Source of the DNA: Takakia lepidozioides
Lineage: Eukaryota > Plantae > Bryophyta
DNA: 64,000 nucleotides
Assembly (NCBI GenBank): GCA_030704615.1
Contig: CM060732.1
Coordinates: 76,508,001 to 76,572,000, forward strand
Reading direction: 5' to 3'
This document shows positions 40,930 through 53,423 of the stretch, in pieces. Within the stretch, counting starts at the first letter, position 1. The number at the start of each line of letters is the position of its first letter. The notes under the pieces were generated by a model that did not search any database, had not been told where the DNA came from, and saw only the letters and a list, made by a program, of their open reading frames with translations. A program made the position numbers and the translations under genes.

Positions 40930-41390
40930 AGTACTGCACCTTCCTCCTCAATAAGCTGGACTAGTGAAACATCATTTTGTAGCAAGAGACACAGACTACA
41001 AATGTCTGGATCCTAAAGGGCTCAAAATCCAACCGCCAGTAAACATGAGTGTGCTACGTGAAAAGAAAAGAAAACAGGAGATTGACCAGGAGAGGTCAAT
41101 AACCTCCTTCACCAATCTTCTTTGAGAGTGATGGGGGGTGCCCAGAAGAAAGAATGCCATACTGCACCTTCCTCCTGAATAACGACTGGTGCTGGACTGG
41201 TGAAACCTCATTTTGTAGCAAGAGACACAGACCACAAATGTCTAGATCCTAAAGGGCTCAAACCTCTGATTTCCAACCCTCAGTAAACATGAGTGTGCTA
41301 CCTGAAAATAAAAGAAAAAACGAGAGTAACAGTAAGAGGTCAAAAACCTCCTTCATCAATCTTCTTTGAGAGTAATGGGGCTGCCCAGAA
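40930..41390. repeat. Diverged ~230-bp tandem duplication of the frataxin 3' end and UTR
   Basis: TACTGCACCTTCCTCCT...CATTTTGTAGCAAGAGACACAGAC...AATCTTCTTTGAGAGT...GCCCAGAAG occurs twice. Confidence 0.85.
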
Positions 41391-44300
41391 GCTTACTCAA
41401 TTCTGCTTCCAACAGTGGCAATAACTCGGCCTTTGTACGACGGTAAACCCACGCATGCTTTGATCCATTCCAATCAAATCTGGCTGGCCCACTGTATGCA
41501 AAACCCAGTAGACTATATCAATTTACTGTTTGCTATGCTGAAGGAGATACATTTCGCACAAAGGAAAACCATAAGCACCTAGCAAATTCCAAGTTGATAT
41601 TCCCAGTCCCCACACGGGGGCCCACCTCCCCCCCCCTCTCTCTCTCTCTCCCTGCCCACTAAGAAGCCTATTGCCATTGGGTGGACTTCATATGGGAGTA
41701 GAGTCTGTGTGTCTAAATGCCGGCCTTGTGACGTCGTGTCTGTTTGTTTTGACCTGAAGCACTCTGCTTCGGGTAAGGTAGTACATTGGATTTAGTTGGA
41801 GAGATTGGGTCCTCCCTCTATAGAATATGTCTACGCGGGCCACTCCCTGCAGCTCTTTTCGAGTGATGATCTCTGAATGGTAACAAGCAGACCCCTACCG
41901 CATGGGGGCAGCTCCTTTGCTCAAAGTGGGCAGTTATATGCTCGGCACCTGGGCTAGGGTTTTCCCTTGTGCTTAAACATCTAGCCTGTTAATTGTGAAA
42001 ATTCAACTACCGTCCGTACTTCCCAGGGTGATTCCTGGAACCTGGTCACTTACGCCAAATCTAGAGCTTCTTGTGTAGTTTTTTGGGTGAATCCCAGGAT
42101 GGACAATGTGTCCTTTCAAACGACTTGCTTAAATTTAAGCTTATGTCATGTGGCTGATGGCACCATCTCAAGAATTGGTATCAGAGGTGCATTGAAGGTG
42201 ACAATGTCTAAGAATGCTACAAGCAACCATAGACCAGCTTTATGCATATGAATTGTCTGTCGTTTAGGTGGCTTTTTTGAATGCCCCTAGACATCCTGCA
42301 TTGGTGGGTCTGTTTCATTGTGTCTAGGCTTTGATCTTGAGGATTGGCATGCCATTGAGCATGCCATACCCGTTGATCAATCCCTGCACGCATAGGTATG
42401 TCTGCAATTTCTGGGGCAACCTCTTCCAGGGCTTCAAACAAATTGGAAACTTTCAGTTTAAAGTCCACATCCTTGACTGTCTTCCCCAAGTGCCTCATTG
42501 AATCACCTATGTCTACAACTTCTCTCCAACCAGTCAGGGGTTGAATGTCCCGAGAGTACTTTGAAGTGAATCTCGGGCACCTTTAACTTCTGTGGGCTAA
42601 CTAACCAAAGGAAACAATTTGAAGTGGGACAAGTTCTTCAAGCAAATGGCATTCACCTTTGCGCTGGGCAGGAGACGTGGGAAACTCCAGACAAGCTAGT
42701 TGGGGACGTCGGTGGCTATAAATGGTTGGGTAAGATGTGTCTTCTCAATGCGGCCTCGGCTAAGCGTGGTCAGAAAGGTGCGGGATTCTTTGTCCGTGAT
42801 TTCCATTGTGATAATTGTGAAATTATCAGTTAGGAATCTTCGGTATGAACATAGTATCTGGCTGAGACTGAGATTGAAGGGCGGTGTGAGGACTAAGGAC
42901 CTCTTTGTGGGATGTGTCTACATGCCTACCGAGGGAACCCTTAGTGTTGATGCTGATAAAGCCTTGGAAGACGTCAAGCTGGACTGTGCTAAGTTCCTCA
43001 CCAAAGGCCCTGTGGTCTTGTTAGGGGACTTCATTGCCTGGGTGGGCAAGGGCTACAACAAGATGCCAAGGGCTTTTGGTGAGGATGATCAGAATTCAAA
43101 TGGAAAAAAGAGTTGATAGTAGAAATTCAGCTTCTGATCTTGAACAATAGGTCCATAGAAGACCCTTTGCAGTGGACTCGTGGAAAAGCCCAAACTGGGG
43201 AACAGTCCTTCGTCATCCTGTATAAGAGTTGTTCCCTCTCTGTGCCAAAGTGGCGGTTGATAGAACCGACATTGGATCTTCTGACCACTTTCTTGTATGC
43301 GCTGAGATCAAAAGGTGCTATCTTAACACCAAGAGATCTTTGACTGTTGGTTTGTTGAAGAGACATTGTCCTGTCTTCTTCTCCATTCTTTGAGGCTGAG
43401 CATACAGCCCTGGTCCTGTTGGGGTGTAACTTTTGGGCTGCTCACACACAGCAGATTAATGCTTGTGTGAAGGGCTTCCTAGAGGACATCTGGAAAGCCC
43501 GAACTAATTGTTATATCAAGGTAAGTCACACTACCAGAGTGAGCCCCTCAGAAAGGTCGTTTCCTGGTCCCTTTTGTTCTGCCCAAAACTGGCCGCGGGG
43601 TCTATGGCCACAAGGCTACGGCATACAATATCTTATGAGTACATTCTCTCTCTCTGTCTCTCTCTCTTTACTCCTTGGAGAAGGAATTCTACTCAGACAC
43701 ACATAGATGGGCAAGTAATAGAACAAACACAGAATAGAAATACAGACCTAACAGGAGACGAAAACCAGATCTGCCGGTTTGGGGTCTGCTTATTGATGAC
43801 ATATGTGCCTAAACTCCCGAGCCGCACTGTCAACACACCATCCTGCAAAAGGTGAAGACCAGTCCAGTCTCTTAAGACTCTGCAATGCATCACAAGAGGG
43901 CTAGGAGCTTGCCCTAAAGGTACAATCATCAACACGCTGTATACAGGTGCGAGTCAAACCAGTCCACTGTCCATGTAGACAGGAAATCTTACCCCCCTTG
44001 ACTGCCATTTTCACACCTTAGCAGCATACAACAGACAAAACAGTCAATTTATGAACATCCCCAGAAACTGCAGAGCATATCTTTTCTGTCAAGAGCGCGC
44101 AGCCACAAGATGATGTATCTGTGGCTGTGTACAAGTATGTCAAAAGCATACAAATAACTGAGCAGTGACAAGCTCACCGCATAGTCTACATCAAATCCTT
44201 CCACATTCAAATCCTCCCCATACACCTGCAGGTGCCATAACAGTACGACATTCACGTCACCTCTCAGAAAGGTAAGAAAAAACTCGGAAACAATTTCTGT

Positions 44301-45530
44301 GTGATATCATGGGCCATCTTTAACATCATGCCAGAGTTACCGCTAAATTTGACCAAAGTGGTGAAGGCATTGGATGTATTGCAAGCCCTTGAATGATAAC
44401 ACAGCACCAAAAAGGAGTCTTTCTAAGAGTGTCTATATGAATATTTAGTTGCAGTTGCTGATAACCAACAGTCACCCAATGATGTCCAAATTTAAATGCG
44501 GGAAACAACTATCAAGATCTAATACAAAGAGTAATCAACTTGGGGAAAAACTGCCAAAAACAAACAAGCCAGGACGCTTGTTCGGACTGCCTACTTCAAT
44601 CTTTTCTTGAAAATGATCCAAAGTTTCATCAGCCAATTTGTGAAACTCCTCCTCTGGCAATTGTGCGCTGCAAAGCAGAACATTCATGGACGCTGTGAGA
44701 AATCACTCCGCATAATCAAGTCCACTCACATTAGTGTGTGCTACCATAGCAGAAACTAGAGTGTATCCTTCCAGCCCCTTCTATACTCGTAGGGAAAAAA
44801 GAATCCGCATATGGGAGCAGTTGCTACATTCGAGGACCCACTTATGACCCCAATTATGAATCAAAAAACTTGAGGACGCTATTGAATTTACAATCTCCCG
44901 CGGCTGGAAGGCGCAAGCACATTGGAGGTGGATATCGAGTATGACTGTCAAGTGACTGACCATGCCTGCAATGACGAAAGGCATGATTGAGATCATAAAT
45001 GTGCTCGAATTCGTATCCTACAGCATTGAGGAGATCAATCCTGTATCATCATTGAGCTACATTCGGATTGGGTGCGTCAGCTTCGACCTGTAATCAACAG
45101 CGACAGGACCTTCGTCTTCGTCCCCAGCAGTAACTCCTTTAGCAGAACTAAAGCTTTTGGAAGGAACTCCCCTGCAACTCAACAAGCATCGCAATTGAGG
45201 TGCGTGTCTGCCACCTGCACCCGTAAGCAACTTGGAGTTTCTAGTATCCGCTACCAATACAGATTCCTTGAATGACTGTACAGGACCGCCGCACACAGAG
45301 GATTGCGCGCTCATCATCCCAAGTAATTCGTCTCTTTCCCGTAAATCCCTTGTCCAACTAAGCTGCTTAAACGAAGCCAAACCATGAATGGATTTACAGC
45401 TGCAGCCATCTGATAAGGCGTCGAAGAAACTAGCACTTGCAGAGTTGCCACTCCGGAACACATGGAAGTGAGTTTCGAGAGCACATTGTATCACATTTCT
45501 GGTATAAGACCTCATCTTGGAGGCCAACAT
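41356..45530 (-). CDS. FH: Frataxin (mitochondrial)
   Basis: Exons 45530-45088, 44667-44595, 44225-44178, 43842-43748, 41491-41356: [64 protein letters not shown]...WVYRRT. Confidence 0.96.
41651..43667 (+). mobile_element. Internally deleted LINE (APE endonuclease plus ORF2 C-terminus) in the last frataxin intron
   Basis: GTFNFCGL...[22 protein letters not shown](H) endonuclease motifs at about 42570-43300 with frameshifts; no RT domain; C-terminal LEDIWKAR; (TC)n tracts on both sides. Confidence 0.85.
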
Positions 45531-45719
45531 TTCGATTGCTGCTTTAAGACCAGTGATTCAGCTGGGTAGCTTCACAAAGCATCCCTTCCACACAGACATC
45601 CAGAGAGAAGAAGACGAGCAAGATCGATCAGGAATCCAACGCAAGTACGCTCCACAGATCCTGCGTCAACGCACAACAGTTGTGTAATATAGGGTTGGGG
45701 TTTGTGGCCAGTGCACCTT

Positions 45720-45920
45720 CCGCACCTGGCGGCTAAGCGGCCTGCTAAAAGCTAGTTAGCAGCCGTTATTAAGTGCATGGTGACGGCCGCACCTGTACGT
45801 TAGGGACCCCCGCTAGTTAGCAGGCTCCTAGCAGCCGTTAAAAATGACGAATACTTAACCCCTCTGACATTTAACAGCTCCTCCCCCAGGTGTTCAATCC
45901 CGGTCACCTGCTAAAAATCG
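45720..45920. mobile_element. Isolated Harbinger-like terminal region
   Basis: CCGCACCTG...GCTAGTTAGCAG...GGCCGCACCTG architecture matches the reverse complement of 4380-4509. Confidence 0.5.
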
Positions 45921-46299
45921 GGCCGTGCTTGCGATTCATCCCGCTCCTGCGCCCAACAAGGTAGGTGCCAACTTCAGCTCTGTCTCTCCCCTTTTCCCTC
46001 CCTTTCTCCCTCCCTCAATCCCTCTCATTGTCTTCTTGTTGCTTTCTTGTTTTCTTTTCTTTTCTTTTTGTTGTTTGAGTGTTCACGGTGATGACTACAT
46101 GTGAAATATACAGGTTGCTTTGTCAGCCCTGAGATGTGAGTTCAGGTCTCATATGCAGGCATTGAATCTTGAGCAGATTGTGTTGCAAGCTTGTGGCATT
46201 GTCTATTTGAGATTGATACACTGGTCTGATGAGCATTCTGGTTGTGCAACTCTCTCCACATGCCTGGCGGTGGTGGACTGAGAATAAGGGATGCGAGCA

Positions 46300-48470
46300 A
46301 AGTAATTGCTATAAAATCCATGATGCATAGAAGGCGGGTGTTTTAGGGTGTAGTTTGAGGTTTTCTTTAGTATTACTTGCAGTAATAATAATAGGGGGAG
46401 CCCGTGTTCCATCCAAGGGTGTGTATTAGATGTTCATATTTGTCTCGTTTATATTGAATGGATCGATGTGGACACCTATTATAGCAGAATGTGACTTCTA
46501 TAATATGGCCAGAACTTTATAATATGGACAGTCATGGTTGGTATAGTCGAAGAGATAGGGAGTCCATGGATGATGAGGATATCAAGGCAGAATCTAGGCG
46601 GCAACAAGGGTGCGCCTAGCATGTGCATGGTAGGAGCCATGATGGACCCTCTGTTATGGCGGACGCTCTTGGTACGTACGTTCCTGCATTGATGAGGTTG
46701 AACCATCTAGGGTAAGTTGGCCTATAACCGAACAAGCCTCTATGACCGAACACCCCAACGCTTCTGTCAGTACCTATGACCATGCAGTGCTGGTCCCAAG
46801 ACTGTCCAATTTTGTCACTTGGTAAACAATCATTTGGGTATAACCCCCCCAAAAGTGTGATTGGTCATAGGGCTCTTGGTGCATACAAGCATTCTGATTG
46901 GTTCGACTTTGAAACCCTACAACTTTGTGTAGGATTCATGAAATCAAATAGTTCCAAGTTTGTAGGTTGCCCCATATGTGGGACGCCTTATGAAATTTAC
47001 CTGAAGTAAAAATGACAAAAATTCACCGTTAGATTTTCACCATCGTTATTTGAACGGTCATAGACCAACATACCCTAGACTTAGGATGTGATGGAAAAAG
47101 TTTGAGGAGATGTCTGACCCCTTGACTATGACGTAATGTGGAGTCCATGGATTATGGGTGGGTACCGTGACAAGTGTCTATTTGGGGAGGCCTTGGGCAC
47201 ACCATAGTGTACAATGCTTGTTAGGGTATAATAAAGGTCATAATAAATTTCTTCTTTGATTACCCATATATTGGCTGTATCGGATTGTAAAGTTTGTCTG
47301 ATTTGGGCATCAATAACCATAGGAGAAGTCCTACAGCGGTTAGACATGACATGCATTAGGTGCGGGGATGATATCCACTTGGATGTGTAGGAATTTGTGT
47401 AGGTGTGGGATCTTTAGATGCGATCTTTGGTTTCCCTTGTAACGTATTTACGTAGGTCCCGTATGGGTGCGGTAGTAAGGAATCTTCCTTTAGTTGAGAT
47501 GAGCCAGAATGGATATGTATGTGCTAAGTGAATAGATTCAATTAGAGGGATTGATGGTAAGTTGAATGGAGCCGAGTTGAGCCATCTCGTCCGCTATGTC
47601 ATTGGATAGAATGTGTGTATATGGGAGTGGACCTTGTGTATATGAATTTGTAGCGAGAGGGAGGAAAGAACATCAACGATTGCCTTAATAAGGTTGCGGT
47701 CTGGATGGTGTATTTGTGTGGAGGGCTAGAGGATTTGGTTGGTGAGGAGGTAGAGAGAGACCAAACTATCCATAAAAAGATAATAGGGTCATGTAGATTG
47801 TAGGGACTACGCATCAAGTTGGCCAAAGTGACCTTAACCTTATATCATGGGTTGTTCCCATGAGACTTAATGGGAACATGAAAGTTCTTAGTTCCCAGTT
47901 GGGCACATGTTACACTTCATATCAATAAAATAAAACAATGGCAGGGCCTCCGTGTATCTCACGCCTTGAATAGCCATGAGCTTTGCCCGCAAGATGTTCC
48001 ATCCTGGGAGTCTTTTATATGCTCTCGAGTTATCTCCAATGGAGTAAATGCCATAACTTGCTTGCGCCTAGTTTAGGGAGCCATCTGCATATATGCACTA
48101 TCGAGGTGGAGGTTTTGGAGGAAAGAAGGTTCTGAAGTGTGGAATTGATAATATATTTGTTTTTGGCAGTCATGCCGAGGTTTGCTTGGGGTTGCCAACT
48201 TCCATGCTTTATCCAAGTTGACTCGAGGGTATGAGTCGGGTGATTGGATAGGGAAAAGTACCGCTGCGGGGCCAAACAAAAATGTCTTAGTATGTGATCC
48301 AATTGCCCAAGGAAAGTGGGCAGGTGTTGGAGTGATATATATAGATAAGTTTAGTTAGTGATGGTTCTTTATATTTCATATAATTTGGAAATGGTGGAGG
48401 GGAATCGTAGATTAGTGAAGGTCGTTGAACTAATGATGCAAACAAGTCCCACATTTAAGTGATCCACGCA
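46300..48470 (-). mobile_element. Degenerate non-LTR retrotransposon 3' half: RNase H, zinc knuckle, restriction-like endonuclease (Dualen/RandI-like)
   Basis: IYADGSL..ASYGIY...ILRAKLMAI (RNase H, ~47950-48100); LPPRFCLDILIIHGLP...HIIEVTFCY...KRDKYEHLIHTLGW...PIIITA (RLE, ~46370-46610); many stops and frameshifts. Confidence 0.7.
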
Positions 48471-48764
48471 TCATTTTCATCGCTGGATTATGGACATCTA
48501 AAACACACTGATTTATGTTTTTTCTAAATTTATAAAATCAATATTTAGATTGTTTTTTTAAACTAAATGATATAATTTACACTTAAAGTTCTTGGAGTTC
48601 TACATCCAATAAAATATTTATTGAAAAACATGCGACAATTTCAAAGAAATAAATCAAAACTTTAAAAATGGTTGAAACGTTGAAACTTCTTTTTTAATTA
48701 CATTTAAATATAAGCATATGAGGTTATTGGTTATTCTTCATATGGTTATATTTTATATGTTCCA

Positions 48765-49985
48765 TCAATATATGAAGTGAGACGTTTGTTTTGTTTGTTT
48801 TGTAGCGTCGTTGAGATCTCCCAAACTGCCTCAACAATCTGCAGGCCCAGCCCCGGTGCTTGGTGCCGTTGGAAAGCCCTCGATGAGGAGGAGTACACCG
48901 GCTTGGTCTCATGATTTTTGGACCCGCGGTGTGGGAGATATGGAATTTTGAGTACTTTTGGTCGCTGGAAATTTGGGAAAAATAGCAAAGTGGGTTTCAT
49001 GGAGCAGTGATTGGCCCTTCACGTGGGAGATTTGGAAATCAAGTACTTTTGGTCGCTGGAAATTCGCGAAAAATAGCAAAGTGAATATATCAATAAATGA
49101 AGCCTCTGAAGCCTCGACATGGGAGATTGCAAAAATAGCAAAGTGGGCTTTGTTTGAACAATGACGTGGAGATCTCCCGGTTTCTAGATGCATAGGGGAT
49201 TACACTTGGACAAGTTAGATGACATTGGACACTGGAGGTCGCATTTGGGCCTCTACATGGGAGAAGTACTTGGATACATAGGAGATTGCAATTGGGCTTA
49301 GATTTCAAGTCTTCACACATGGGCCTCAACATTGGAGACGCACTTGGATACATAAGGATTGCACTTGCACACTGGACACTTGGGCCAACAGCGCAGGCTA
49401 CACTAGTCAATTGATGAAGCGAGACGTTTATTTGTTTGTTTGTTTTGTAGCATGAGATCTCCCAAACCGCGGGGCTGCAGCCCGAGTGCTTGGTGCAGTT
49501 GGAAAGCCCTCAATGAGGAGGGGTGCACCGGCTTGGTCTCATTATTTTTGGACCTACGGTGTGGGAGATGTCGAATTTTAAGTACTTTTGGTCGTTGGAA
49601 ATTTGCAAAAGGTAGCAAAGTGGGCTTTCCTAGAGCATTGATTGGCCCTTCATGTGGGAGAATTGGAATTTCAAGTACTTTTGGTTGGTGGAAATTCGCA
49701 AAGTGGATACATCAATATATGAAGCCTCGCCATGGGAGATTGCAAAAATAGCAAAGTGGGCTTTGGGATTGCACATGACTTAGATGACATTGGACACTGG
49801 AGGTCGCACTTTAGCCTCTACATGGGAGAAGCACTTGGGCTGAAATTTCAATTCTTCACACATGGGCAAATGGCATAGGCTACCCTAGATCTCCCAAACT
49901 GCAGGGTCTCTGAATACATAGGGGGTTGCACTTGGACTTAGATGACATTGGACACTTGGGCGAACGACACAGGCTACCCTAGTTT
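48765..49985. repeat. Composite diverged tandem repeat (~640-bp unit x2) with internal AAATAGCAAAGTG and GAGATCTCCC subrepeats
   Basis: GAGACGTTT...GAGATCTCCCAAAC...TTGGAAAGCCCTC(G/A)ATGAGGAGG begins at about 48779 and 49421; probably non-autonomous TE-derived. Confidence 0.8.
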
Positions 49986-50379
49986 TTAATGGAATTCCAA
50001 GGGCACTGTCCTGTTTTTCAAAAAGTTTAATGATCATGAAACATAAACATATGAGGTAATTGAAACCATAGCTATGAGAAAGGAGAGAGATTAGAAGAGA
50101 GAAAGAGTTGCACACAAAGGTTGGGTAACCTCTCATACTTTCCCTAATGACAATTTTTTGTGCTCTAACCTCCATTGGATAATATCATGTTCCAATCCTA
50201 ATTTTTGGAAATATATACTATGTGTACAATACCTATCGATCGCCTACTAGCTAAGATCGTAGACAGATTGGTCTAATTTTCATGTCTAATTCTCATCTAT
50301 CACTGTATTCACTCATTTCTCTTACTCTAATAATTAATATGACTATGTGAGGGGCTTGGTTTAAAGGGTATACAGAGGG

Positions 50380-50750
50380 ATAGACCCGCTGGCAGATTCT
50401 GAGATCCAGGATAAATGTCAACCAGGAGTTGACGGAAAGCTAGAAGGGAGATCTGGAGAGCTTGTTGCAGCAGAAGCAGGACTGTTTTCGCTAAGTAAGG
50501 CAGGTTTTTGTTCAGTTGTGGAGCATAACATTGACATTCAGGGATTTCCCCCTTGCAGAAGCCAACCGAGAGGTCTTTCTAAGTGGGAAGAGGGAGAGGT
50601 CCAGATGTAGATAGAGTCATTGATTGCCTTGGGTAAAATGAGAGAAAGTAAGTCTTGTTACGCTGCCACCTCTCCAAAAGGGATTCCTATCCTATGCCCT
50701 TAATTGAGCAAGACGTGCTAAATCAGCTGGGCAAGGTTCCAAGGTGTTTC
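50380..50750 (+). mobile_element. Ty3/Gypsy reverse-transcriptase N-terminal remnant
   Basis: VEHNIDIQGFPPCRSQPRGLSKWEEGEVQM*IESLIALGKMRESKSCYAA then ..MPLIEQDVLNQLG. Confidence 0.7.
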
Positions 50751-51328
50751 ACATTTTTAATATATATATATATATGGCTATGGTCCTCTTTATTTTTGGG
50801 GCCCTGGAGGGAGCCCAGAAAGCATTAACTAAAGTAGTTACTAATAAACTGTATAAATAGTAAGGTGAGCACCTCCTTGTATAGCCTTGGGAGGCGGCGG
50901 CCCACTCCATGGCGGTGGTGGAGCCTTCGAGAAGACCCCCCACAAATCCTACCCTACATACACCCACCCCACTATTTGAGACGCACCCAAAAACTCTAAT
51001 ATGAGTCCACCATTGACTGTTCCAATAGTGCGCCTATTTGCTTACCTTTCATAAATTAAACATTGTCTCCTCCCTCTTTTTAGGTGTCCCTCCAGCTCGG
51101 GCCCACATGTCCTCTCATCCAGCCCCTTTTTTCCATCTCATTTGCATGTCCTTCCCTCCTTTTCGACCCGCTCCTCCACTTAGTCATGCCATCTTCTTAC
51201 TGGCTGATTTTTTTAAAAATGAAACTTGGGCTACATATCTACACGTTGAGCTGAATTGGCACTCTCTTGGCTACTTTGTCCTACTCTGTCGTCAAACCGC
51301 CACCATAATATAATAATAATAAATATTT

Positions 51329-51405
51329 GACGCCTCCCAAAGGAAGCGTAAATTATGGTGTTCACCCCGAAGGGTTACCGCTAGAAAGGTGGACACCTTT
51401 GTGAG
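51329..51405 (-). mobile_element. SINE family copy 4 (5'-truncated)
   Basis: GACGCCTCCCAAAGGAAGCGTAAATTATGGTGT...AAGGTGGACACCTTTGTGA with adjacent (TAA)n tail. Confidence 0.7.
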
Positions 51406-51854
51406 CCTCTCATTTTACAATAATAGGGTCATGAACGCAAGCGTGCGAGAAGGACGGTGGGCCCGGCGTCCTGACTAGGGGCGCCCCCCCACCCGCGCCC
51501 GCGGTCGCCCACGCCCGCTGCCGCCGCCCCTCTCGGGCTCCATCCACCGGCCTGTCCGCTGCGGCCGCTCCGCTCTCTCTAGTCCGCGTGTCCGCCCGCC
51601 CACAAGATCTGGGCCGTCCACAACGAATCCCATCGCAGCCCTCCAACTTAGGGCCTTATCTCTGCCGCCTGCCATCTACCACCAGCTGTAAACGTGGGTC
51701 ATGTTTCTCCGTGCACGTTCTCCATCGTGACCTGCGGCGCTTTCGTTGCAGGTTCTTCTGGAGCGTGTGTTCTACACTGTACAGGGCATGGACGTAGGAA
51801 GCCGACGACATTCAGCAATTTGAGAGCCGGCTTATACGCCCTCTTCGACAAAGT

Positions 51855-53220
51855 TTGCAAATACCAAAACCAGGACCTTTCAACAATATGGACATCCATT
51901 GGAAGTGTGAAATGCAATATGGGTTTAGGGGGGTGCAAGTGCGTGTTAAAAAGGCATGTATACCTTGGGATAGAGTTGCGGACTTCGTCCATGGAGAGGA
52001 GAGTGTGGAGGATTGCCCCACTCAATATTGGGTATATGTGCACAGTAAAGTGGACCCTGGAGTGCAGACAGTTCCCAGAGGGAGGCTTTTGAAGTTGTGT
52101 CACGGGGTCTCACCTCAGTGGGTTGGGAGACAACAGTCACCCCGGAGGCCAAAGTTTTGGTCCCCCTGCAGCCTGGACCAGGCAAACTACCACCCTCTCC
52201 CCCTACAGCTTCCCCTTTTCCCCCATCATGAGCAATGACCCCCCCATCGTCCATGTCATCCCCACCAACTTGTTGGACCTCTCCCTCTTCAACAAGTGGA
52301 CCCTGCCCCCCACTGTGAATATCATCAACAACAGCCCGGACCTCTGTCACATCCCTACCCACTACAATTACTTCCTCCTTGTCAGGTACAATGGTCGCAG
52401 TAGGGGGGTCTTCCATAATGCCACCCGTCACACCCCCTTTTTGCCCCATCATGAGTTCCACTATCTTCTTCAGTTGTGCTTCCATTCCCCTCTCCCGCCC
52501 TTCTTGAGCAGTATCATGTGTGCACCATCCTCATTGTGGTTTAGGGATGTCACTGCATTGTTGTTGTGATTTGTATTTGTCTCCGACTGTGGCTTCCATA
52601 AGTCCATAGGTTGATATTTTGGCTTTTGAATTCCATTTGATAGGTATCAATGCTGCTACGGGCCCAATGACAAGCGCACGGTCAATGCAACTGTCGAGGA
52701 TCCAAAACAAAAGCGTGGAGGTCCGGATGTGGGTGCTGGCACTAAACACCCGCATAAAAGGCCCAAGAAGGAAGAAGTCGGATTACGGAGAGTTGTACAA
52801 GCGCGGGTGCCTTTGTGGTTTCAAAGTGCAGTAATCTTATCTTGCCCCGGACATTTGTGTCCCCACATACTACAACAACATGGAGCACGTGGATGCCCTA
52901 GGGAAACCCTCCCATGGCAAGACCGCAGAGTTCAGGAACACACGGGCGGCCTACGCACCCCGCATTAGCGAGGAATTGAAAGCCTGGGTCGTTGAGTGTT
53001 TGTGCCGAGGCCTCACGGTCGCACAAATCATGATGGAACACAAGGAGTATGTCATGAACAACACAGGTTTGGGAGATGCATGGACACGTGATGATTTACT
53101 CCTCGAGCAAGATGTCCGCAACCTGGCTGAGAAACGGGCATGGCAGACGTTCAAAAAGCATGCCAACGATGCCGACAGCGTCCGCATGTGGAAAGACCTG
53201 AACCCCGCGGGTGCAATTGT
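51855..53220 (+). mobile_element. Truncated Mutator-like/SWIM-family transposase N-terminus
   Basis: IPWDRVADFVHGEE...CPT; YQCCYGP; KRGCLCGFKV; HVDALGKPSHG..TRAAYAPRISEEL; RDDLL..DVR; DADSVRMW resemble the plant MULE-derived SWIM zinc-finger family; interrupted at about 52085-52642 and cut off before the DDE domain. Confidence 0.7.
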
Positions 53221-53423
53221 GGAGTAGGGGCGTTGAATGAAGCACGCACCCTGTCACACACCATGCACCTAGCCACAAATTGTTGCACTTCTTCTATCGA
53301 GAAGAAACATTGGCGCCATCCTTCAAGCATTACGATGGAGACCTCCCCCCAGCCTGCCGGACCTGGCCAGCCTTACGGATAGTCCCCTGGTTTTCATGAC
53401 CCTGCACAGCCAGGACAACTTTT

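Noticed and set aside
45662-45673. TGCGTCAACGCA core of the intronic palindrome near the frataxin 5' end
   Set aside because: Only the 12-bp core without the AATT arms; compatible with chance.
46088-46235. C/D box snoRNA (GTGATGA...CTGA)
   Set aside because: No clear terminal stem or recognisable rRNA antisense element; motifs could be chance.
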